DNA from: an uncultured cyanobacterium
GTDB lineage: Bacteria; Cyanobacteriota; Cyanobacteriia; Cyanobacteriales; CAWCAG01
Length of the DNA stretch: 64,000 nucleotides
Direction: 5' to 3'
NCBI GenBank assembly: GCA_963793425.1
Contig: CAWCAG010000007.1
Location: forward strand, 192,001-256,000
The notes under the pieces were generated by a model that worked only from the letters and a program-made list of their open reading frames with translations, did not search any database and was not told the origin of the DNA. Below, piece after piece: positions 42,894 to 51,092 of this stretch. Position 1 is the first letter of the stretch. The number at the start of each line of letters is the position of its first letter. A program made the position numbers and the translations under genes.

Positions 42894-43625
42894 ATGAAAC
42901 GTCAACTCTTAATCAGCTTAATAGCTACAACTGCAACCCTTAGTACATTCTCTGCCAACGCTTTTGCTAGTAGCCTTGTTCCTCAACAAGAAGGAGAAAT
43001 CAATGTTGGTCTCGGTTGTATAGATCCAGACCCTAATAAATGTATTGAAGCTAATTCTATACCCTTTATTGAAAGCATCAAATCTATCGAAGACGATAGC
43101 ACGGGTAATAAAAGTCGTCTCTTTGTTGATGATTTTAGTACTGCAAATACCTACGGTAGCGGTACAAATGCAATCCAATTCCAAATAAGAGATGCTGGAA
43201 CTAACCCTGATGAATTTTGGTTTCGCCCTTCCGAACATGATGCGAATTTAGGTCATGGGGAAGAAAACGGTCAACTGGAAGTAGGAACCTTTAAGTTCAC
43301 TTTTACCCAGATGCTGGCAGATTTGACTATAGATTTCTTTGATACGGAGTCAAAAAATACCACTGGGGTTATTGCTATTAACGGTATTAGCTTAGATAGT
43401 CCTGATTGGGTAGCAAAAGGTCAAGATAGCAACATTGTTAGTCAAACTTTCTTTGATATCACTTCCATAACACTCAAATTGGGTCATGATCGTGACAATG
43501 GTACAGGAGATGGAGTAGATTTCAAGGCGAGTAGTGTCGATATACCTGAACCTACTGCATTATTAGGACTTCTTGGTATTGGTTTATTTGGGGCAGTTTC
43601 TAAGGGCAAGAAGGAAAAGAATTAA
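42894..43625 (+). CDS. LEVG family PEP-CTERM protein
   Basis: Signal peptide, SLVPQQEGEI, GQLEVGTF, and C-terminal IPEP + TM + basic tail. Confidence 0.88.
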   Translation: MKRQLLISLIATTATLSTFSANAFASSLVPQQEGEINVGLGCIDPDPNKCIEANSIPFIESIKSIEDDSTGNKSRLFVDDFSTANTYGSGTNAIQFQIRDAGTNPDEFWFRPSEHDANLGHGEENGQLEVGTFKFTFTQMLADLTIDFFDTESKNTTGVIAINGISLDSPDWVAKGQDSNIVSQTFFDITSITLKLGHDRDNGTGDGVDFKASSVDIPEPTALLGLLGIGLFGAVSKGKKEKN

Positions 43626-43628
43626 TTC

Positions 43629-43659
43629 TTGTCGGTTGTTTTTGGGATGAATAATCGAC
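43629..43659. repeat. 31-bp palindromic direct repeat, copy 2
   Basis: TTGTCGGTTGTTTTTGGGATGAATAATCGAC. Confidence 0.75.
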
Positions 43660-43662
43660 AAT

Positions 43663-43709
43663 GAAAGAGGTTGAGTTGAACCAAATTAACTCAACCTCTT
43701 TCCTTTTTT
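43663..43709. terminator. Intrinsic terminator between convergent genes
   Basis: 15-bp perfect stem GAAAGAGGTTGAGTT / AACTCAACCTCTTTC followed by a T-run. Confidence 0.8.
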
Positions 43710-43732
43710 ATTAACGAGAATGAGAATTGGTA

Positions 43733-44221
43733 TTACTTGAGAATACTCCGCAGCATCCAAGCATTTTTCTCGTGAGTTCGCATTCTTTCTGTGAGTAAGT
43801 CTGCGGTAGACTCATCGTTAGCACGTTCAGCAGCAGGAAAAGCAGAACGGGCAGTACGAACAACAGCTTCGTTTGCTTCTACTAAAAGGCGTACCATTTC
43901 TTCTGCTTCAGGAACACCGCGAGTTTCTTCAATGGAAGCTAGTTCAATGTATTCGCTATAGCTTGCGGGGGCAGGATAGCCCAAAGTACGAATGCGCTCG
44001 GCGATGTCATCCACTGCGAGAGCAAGTTCAGTATACTCTTGTTCAAACAATGTGTGTAGAGATTGGAACATCGGCCCGGTGACGTTCCAGTGGAAGTTGT
44101 GGGTTTTGAGGTATAAAGTGTAGCTATCAGCTAAAAGGCTAGAAAGTCCTTTAACAATTTCTTGGCGATCTTCTTCGCTGATACCAATATTAACTGGGGC
44201 TGTTGAACCTACAGTGGCCAT
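43733..44221 (-). CDS. dps: Dps family DNA-protection / ferritin-like protein
   Basis: KTHNFHWNVTGP, LHTLFE, DDIAERIR, HEKNAWML. Confidence 0.95.
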   Translation of the reverse strand: MATVGSTAPVNIGISEEDRQEIVKGLSSLLADSYTLYLKTHNFHWNVTGPMFQSLHTLFEQEYTELALAVDDIAERIRTLGYPAPASYSEYIELASIEETRGVPEAEEMVRLLVEANEAVVRTARSAFPAAERANDESTADLLTERMRTHEKNAWMLRSILK

Positions 44222-44265
44222 AATTTTTCTCCTTAAGTAATTTAATTAAAACAACTAGACTATTT

Positions 44266-44529
44266 TTAAGCTAAATGCCTTTGTAAAACCGAACGAGGTG
44301 CGCGGCGTACTCTGCATTTAATGGTTTCTTTGCCTAGACGTTGATGGGCTTCGTAACGGTGACAACCGGAAAAGCCATAGTATTGACCATCTACTTCTAA
44401 CACGTCTATGGGTTCTCGCAAACCTTCTTTAGCGATTGATTCCATCAGTGCCGCTACTTTCTTTTGGTCGTTTTGGCGAGGTAGAGGACGACGAATCTGA
44501 TTTAAAGGAATCTCTTGAATAGCAACCAT
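44266..44529 (-). CDS. srxA: Sulfiredoxin
   Basis: YYGFSGCHRYEA catalytic motif; start set at MVAIQEIP. Confidence 0.92.
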   Translation of the reverse strand: MVAIQEIPLNQIRRPLPRQNDQKKVAALMESIAKEGLREPIDVLEVDGQYYGFSGCHRYEAHQRLGKETIKCRVRRAPRSVLQRHLA

Positions 44530-44958
44530 CCTGAAGTTTATCTCCTGGTGTTTATTCCTCCTTGTATAAATCATACTCGTTATGAGTTTGCTTTGCAAGT
44601 TTTTATTAATGATGCCTACGACAACGGCAAGCCAAACAATATAGGGAAATAATACTTAAGAGCGAAGTTGGCTAATTTCCTATAAGCAAGAGATATTAGC
44701 TAGTTGAAAAAAATATAAAATTTTTAACAGAGTATATACTTAAGTGATAACTATGATGTATAGTATTGGAGATTCCAAAACGACCTGAATTTATCTGTTG
44801 AATATAACCAAATATTTTTATGAAAGTTTGTTTCTTTTTGACCCTGATTTCTGTACTAGGTTTTATGGGAATATGCAGCGTACCCTCATCAGGAGAAATT
44901 TGTTCTCCTAGCAACGGAGGGGGAGCAGGTGTAGGGCAAGGTTCCCACTCCCAAGGCA

Positions 44959-46767
44959 ATGAAAATATTACCCAAGAGTGCAAAGATTCGCAGCAAGCAT
45001 TTATAGACAATCCTTAAGGAAGGAAGAACAAAATTAGAGCAATTATTTGGCTTAGATTTGCGATCGCTAGCTGTATTACGTATTGGTTTAGCTTTACTAA
45101 TTCTGACTGATTTATTTAAACGAGCTTTTGATCTTCAGTCTCACTATAGCGATGAAGGAATTCTACCTAGAAGTGTTTTAATTGAGCAAAATCTTAACCC
45201 CTGGCGTTGGTCGATACATTTATTTAGCGGACAGGCTTTATTTCAGGGAGTCTTATTTATTTTGGCAGGTGGGATCGCCATAGCCCTATTATTTGGCTAT
45301 CGTACTCGCTTTGTCACTATCATCTCCTGGGCTTTACTTTTATCTCTACAACTACGCAACCCTTTAATAAATAATGCTGGAGATGTGGAACTCCGCTTGA
45401 TTTTGTTTTGGAGTATCTTTTTGCCCCTGGGGGCGCATTATTCTGTAGATCGCGCCCTAAATTCCTCTTCTCGAATTTTGCCAAAACGCCTACTTTCTCC
45501 TGCCACGGTTGCCTTAACCCTACAAGTCTGCTTTGTTTACTGGTTTACCTGGAGCCTTAAATCAGATCCAATTTGGCATACAGAAGGTAGTGCAGTTTAT
45601 TATGCCCTCAACTTAGATTATTTAGTAACTCCCATTGGGAAATTTCTCCTCAACTTTCCTTCCCTGTTGGTTTTCCTTACCTTTACCACTCTTTGGTTTG
45701 AATTATTAGGGCCATTTTTACTTTTCGTACCCTTCCGCACGGATTTTTTCCGCTTCTTGGCAGTTATGCTTTTTGTTGGGCTTCATCTTGGTTTTGGAGC
45801 AGGATTACTAATTGGCCTTTTTCCCTATGTTAGTGCCGTAGCTTGGTTAGCATTTTTGCCCAGTGGGTTTTGGCAGGTTATTTCTCAACGTTTCAGCAAA
45901 TCAACTAACCAAGAAATCAGAATTTACTATAACCAAAAACAGGATTTTAGTCATAAGATTGCTTACTTACTCCGTACCTTCTTAATTCTGCCCAAGGTGC
46001 AACTGCTTCCGGCACAACAAGAAGCGGAAATTTTAGCAGCCATGAAAGGTAGAAAATCTTTGGCAGTAAGCAATGGAAAAGGTAAACTATATTTCCAGAC
46101 TGACGCAGTTGCTTATTTATTTCGCCTCTCGCCTTTATTTCATTTCCTGGCTGCTTTTATACCCTGGAAAATCATCAAGTTTCTCGGTCAAAAATTTGCT
46201 CTTTTACCAACAAAATCCTTCCTGAAGTTTCGTCCTCTCAAAATCTCTACTTCCCGAAGAATTAATCTTGTTGTCTCCTTCCTCTTCATACTCGTTTCTT
46301 GGTGGAATTTTCGTACAATTGCCCCTGATATATTTAAAATACCAAAAGATGCTGATGCTTTTGTTCGGGTTCTCGGTTTAGATCAAACCTGGAATATGTT
46401 TACCCCCCACCCACCCACAAAGGACGGTTGGTATGTAATTCCGGGCAAGCTTAGGGATGGTACAGAAATTGATCTTTTTCAAGGTGGTGAGTCTGTAAGC
46501 TGGGAAAAACCAAAGCTAGTTTCTGGCACTTTTGGCAATATGCGCTGGCGCAAATATATTATGATGTTGCACCGTAAGGATAAGAAGAAGTATCGGCTCT
46601 ATTATGGAAGATATCTTTGCCGAAGTTGGAATAATCGACATAAAGCGGCTCAACACCTTGATACTTTTGAGATTAATTTTATGTTAGAAAAAACTTTGCC
46701 AGATTATCAAACCCCAAAAGTAGAAAGACTTCGTATTTGGAAGCATACTTGTTCTAAGGGTTCCTAA
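44959..46767 (+). CDS. HTTM domain membrane protein with degenerate DCC1-like insert; in-frame TAG at 45004 near the probable N-terminus
   Basis: FGLDLRSLAVLRIGL, LFWSIFLPLG, LGLDQTWNMF, RWRKY; same frame from ATG 44959 apart from one stop. Confidence 0.75.
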
Positions 46768-46872
46768 GTCGATTTTGTTGTTTCATACCAAATCGGTTTA
46801 CCTTGAATGCCATTGTTTCAATCCCTCAGAGGGATTATTGTATGTTGCAACAATTCTGTTTCTGGTAATTCC

Positions 46873-47162
46873 CATTCGTGACAAGTTAAGCCAAAACGCA
46901 ATCTGTCAAGGGCTTTGGCAGGGGTAAGGGAGAGAGGTCGAGGGGAGGTTTTTGTTGTTTCTTATCTGTAGTTTGTAGGGTGTCGTTAGCTGCAAGCGTA
47001 ACGCACCATCTTGAAGTGAAAAAGCGAAGACGGTGCGTTAAGCGCTGAATCAAGATTGTGGTAGAGTTGCCATAATTTTTCGCAGCGCCAACACACCCTA
47101 CGTTGCTGAATATAACCATAGGGGTTTGACAGATTGGACTTTTACTTAAGTTGTCACCAATG
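46873..47162. mobile_element. 290-bp non-autonomous element (MITE) with imperfect terminal inverted repeats and 9-bp TSD
   Basis: Left end CATTCGTGACAAGTTAAGCCAAAACGCAATCTGTCAA; right end reverse complement CATTGGTGACAACTTAAGTAAAAGTCCAATCTGTCAA; GGTAATTCC duplicated at 46864-46872 and 47163-47171. Confidence 0.88.
46975..47101. repeat. REP-like dispersed palindromic element, copy 2, nested in the MITE
   Basis: GTAGGGTG...AACGCACC...GGTGCGTT...CACCCTAC. Confidence 0.82.
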
Positions 47163-50100
47163 GGTAATTCCTTACCTTCCAGTATGTTTCAATCCCTCAT
47201 AGGGATTATTGTATGTTGCAACGTGTTTCTAGTAGTTTCATCTCCTCAATTTTTCGTTTCAATCCCTCATAGGGATTATTGTATGTTGCAACCTAGCGCC
47301 GCGCGACCGGCACAGAGACAAACCACGTTTCAATCCCTCATAGGGATTATTATATGTTGCAACTTTTATTGAAAGCGTTGAAATGAATAGAAACAAATGT
47401 TTCAATCCCTCATAGGGATTATTGTATGTTGCAACCGGAATTGATGAAAGAATCGTCGTTCCTCAATGGGTTTCAATCCCTCATAGGGATTATTGTATGT
47501 TGCAACATCAATAAAGTCACCCAAAGATTCTTTAAGTAATCTGTTTCAATCCCTCATAGGGATTATTGTATGTTGCAACACCCGATTTTACACAGGCGGC
47601 TTTGGCTGAATGTGTTTCAATCCCTCATAGGGATTATTGTATGTTGCAACTACTTCGTAGTCAGCTTTTACAAGTTTACCAATTTGTTTCAATCCCTCAT
47701 AGGGATTATTGTATGTTGCAACAGGTCAAGTTACCGTCGTCACTAGAAATGTTCCCCGGTTTCAATCCCTCATAGGGATTATTGTATGTTGCAACCTTCA
47801 GCACTGCTAGTATCTTCAGCAATACTTGTAATTAGTTTCAATCCCTCATAGGGATTATTGTATGTTGCAACTTCAAGGAGTAATCCCGCGATCGCTGATA
47901 CACTCGTTTCAATCCCTCATAGGGATTATTGTATGTTGCAACACCTAAAAAATATACCAATACTTTAGGAGTAATGATGTTTCAATCCCTCATAGGGATT
48001 ATTGTATGTTGCAACGAATTGTACCATCTAAATCTAGTAATAGTATTTTGTTTCAATCCCTCATAGGGATTATTGTATGTTGCAACAACTAACAGGAGCA
48101 ATTGATAAAATCGGCAATCCTGAGTTTCAATCCCTCATAGGGATTATTGTATGTTGCAACAACAGTTGGAAGGCATAAAGCAAGAGAATAAATTGCGTTT
48201 CAATCCCTCATAGGGATTATTGTATGTTGCAACGTGTTCTTTCCCCCAAGGCTTTTAATGCAGCCACAGGTTTCAATCCCTCATAGGGATTATTGTATGT
48301 TGCAACGATATGCCTAATGCATCGCTCTACCTTCATTCATCGTTTCAATCCCTCATAGGGATTATTGTATGTTGCAACGTTAATCAGAACCATGGCGGAC
48401 TGTATTCTGCAAGTTGAGGATGTTTCAATCCCTCATAGGGATTATTGTATGTTGCAACACCTTTATTCCAAGTCTCAATAGAAAAAGGTGTAAGGTTTCA
48501 ATCCCTCATAGGGATTATTGTATGTTGCAACGATAAGGGATACAGCAGCCATAAAGCCCAGAAAAGTTTCAATCCCTCATAGGGATTATTGTATGTTGCA
48601 ACCCTGATGAGCCTGGTGATTTTAATGCACCTTCCTTGTTTCAATCCCTCATAGGGATTATTGTATGTTGCAACAACTACTTGACGAATTCTATGATAAT
48701 AGGGCTTTAGCAAGTAGTTTCAATCCCTCATAGGGATTATTGTATGTTGCAACGCTATCGTTTAGGTTAGGTCTGTATTAGATGCTACAGTTTCAATCCC
48801 TCATAGGGATTATTGTATGTTGCAACACTCATGACATCAAAAACTTTTTGTTACAAAACCTATTGTGTTTCAATCCCTCATAGGGATTATTGTATGTTGC
48901 AACATTTAGTAGAAGATGTTTTAGAAGAAGGAATTGATGTTTCAATCCCTCATAGGGATTATTGTATGTTGCAACCTGAAGGTTTTTCTCAGGAAGCTTC
49001 TATTAATCGGTTTCAATCCCTCATAGGGATTATTGTATGTTGCAACAAAATGGCTAGCAATCAAAACTTGGCGCTAGCTCGTTTCAATCCCTCATAGGGA
49101 TTATTGTATGTTGCAACTCAAAGAGAATAGCACGAACATGAAAGAAGAAGCGAATGTTTCAATCCCTCATAGGGATTATTGTATGTTGCAACATTGCTTT
49201 TGATAACCCGTCATTCCTGGCTTAAGGATGTTTCAATCCCTCATAGGGATTATTGTATGTTGCAACGTAAGTTCGTAATCAGCTAGTAGCTAAAGCTGCT
49301 GCAGTAGTTTCAATCCCTCATAGGGATTATTGTATGTTGCAACTTTGGCTTTTTTTGTACCGGGCTGCGATTTCGGAGTTTCAATCCCTCATAGGGATTA
49401 TTGTATGTTGCAACATCTGCAATCTTATTGTATCATGTATTCCCTTGTGTTTCAATCCCTCATAGGGATTATTGTATGTTGCAACATACTTTAGTGAATA
49501 TCCAATCTGATAAAGAGTCTGTTTCAATCCCTCATAGGGATTATTGTATGTTGCAACGGTTAGAGATATGTTGTTAGGGATTTGGGCAACTTCTGTTTCA
49601 ATCCCTCATAGGGATTATTGTATGTTGCAACAGTTTAGACGATATACCAAAAGAAACGTATGCTACCGTTTCAATCCCTCATAGGGATTATTGTATGTTG
49701 CAACGCTCCTGAATCTCTTTATGAGCCTCAGTGTCTCCTGTTTCAATCCCTCATAGGGATTATTGTATGTTGCAACAATGGTACAGCAATTACCAATAGC
49801 GATAGACTTCGTCGTTTCAATCCCTCATAGGGATTATTGTATGTTGCAACTTTGTGGAGGATTTTATTGAGCTGCGATAGGGTGTGTTTCAATCCCTCAT
49901 AGGGATTATTGTATGTTGCAACAAAGCAACGAACGACTTACCGCTACCCATCTCACCGTTTCAATCCCTCATAGGGATTATTGTATGTTGCAACTTTTGC
50001 CAAGAACCACCAGAAGAGGAACCAATACAGTTTCAATCCCTCATAGGGATTATTGTATGTTGCAACAAACTAATAGCAATTAAGCAAAAGATGCACCGAG

Positions 50101-50658
50101 AAGTTTCAATCCCTCATAGGGATTATTGTATGTTGCAACCTTCAACTGATTCAGAACGGGGTGCATTTTCTGACTGTGCTGTTTCAATCCCTCATAGGGA
50201 TTATTGTATGTTGCAACCTGGGAAGAAATCGTTGGGTACCACAATAGGATGTCGTTTCAATCCCTCATAGGGATTATTGTATGTTGCAACATAATGAGTA
50301 ATACAGCTGAATCCAGTAACATTATGTAGTTTCAATCCCTCATAGGGATTATTGTATGTTGCAACCACAAGATAGCAGGCGCTTGTGTGAAACTGAGAAG
50401 TAGGTTTCAATCCCTCATAGGGATTATTGTATGTTGCAACCAGGGTTGTAGTAATGGACTAAATTGTCATATCCCTTGTTTCAATCCCTCATAGGGATTA
50501 TTGTATGTTGCAACATTCTACAAAAACATCGTAGGCGCAGCCGTTTAAGTTTCAATCCCTCATAGGGATTATTGTATGTTGCAACCTTGTAACAGATAGT
50601 TCCAGTAGCGGTGATCCGTGGGTTTCAATCCCTCATAGGGATTATTGTATGTTGCAAC

Positions 50659-50900
50659 AGCGGTAGTTTGAAATGGTTGATGTATTTAGTTTTCAAGGTA
50701 CATTTGCGCGGCACACCTATAAAATTATCATAACCGACCATAAAAAACAATCCCAAAACCCTGAAACCCTTGCTGGGTATGGTGCGCGGCAGCCTCAAAA
50801 ATAGAAATCCCTGAAAGCTGCTGGGAGAGCGGATTTCAGGGATTTTCCACTCAATAGCCATTCTGATACCTACCCTGCCGCGCAAAATCGGGTGATTACC
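50659..50900 (-). promoter_or_regulatory. CRISPR leader
   Basis: Non-coding flank 5' of the first repeat on the minus strand; TGCGCGGCA at 50705 and 50783, inverted at 50876; CCCTGAAA repeats. Confidence 0.75.
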
Positions 50901-51092
50901 GAAGCAATATTCCAAAACAGATCACCTTTCCTTCCTGAACTATCACTTAAATTACTCACAGTGTCTCAAATACCAAATCCTTTACCCATTCTAATAGGAA
51001 TCAAGAAAAAGTCGATGAGATGAGAAAAACAACTGCTTCACATTCACTTTAGAATTAAGTCAATATTCAACTTAAACTTAAAAAAAGCAAAA

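Larger units (their letters stand above)
46815..50658 (-). CRISPR. CRISPR array: 49 repeats (48 contiguous from 47186 plus one detached at 46815), 48 spacers, no cas genes in the window
   Basis: 37-bp repeat GTTGCAACATACAATAATCCCTATGAGGGATTGAAAC on the minus strand with an AATCCCT/AGGGATT stem and ATTGAAAC 3' end; spacers about 33-43 nt; variant repeats at 46815 and 47327 mark the trailer end; counted by eye. Confidence 0.98.

Noticed and set aside
44696..45010. 104-aa minus-strand ORF upstream of srxA
   Set aside because: No motifs, unusual composition, and it overlaps the HTTM start region on the opposite strand.
46743..46814. Possible further degenerate CRISPR repeat left of 46815
   Set aside because: Only a few scattered bases match, and the region overlaps the HTTM stop codon.
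46886..47119. 77-aa ORF, and the similar 90-aa ORF at 5000-5272 sharing LIQRLTHR
   Set aside because: The similarity comes from the shared non-coding REP-like element; there are no transposase motifs.
46873..47162. Possible Tn7/CAST transposon ends (TGACA...TGTCA motifs next to a CRISPR array)
   Set aside because: No terminal TGT/ACA and no tns or cas12k genes; a 9-bp duplication with CATT ends explains the site better.
47151..50915. ORFs of 69-128 aa inside the CRISPR array and leader
   Set aside because: They are translations of repeats and spacers (recurring FQSLIGIIVCCN, VSIPHRDYCMLQ), not genes.
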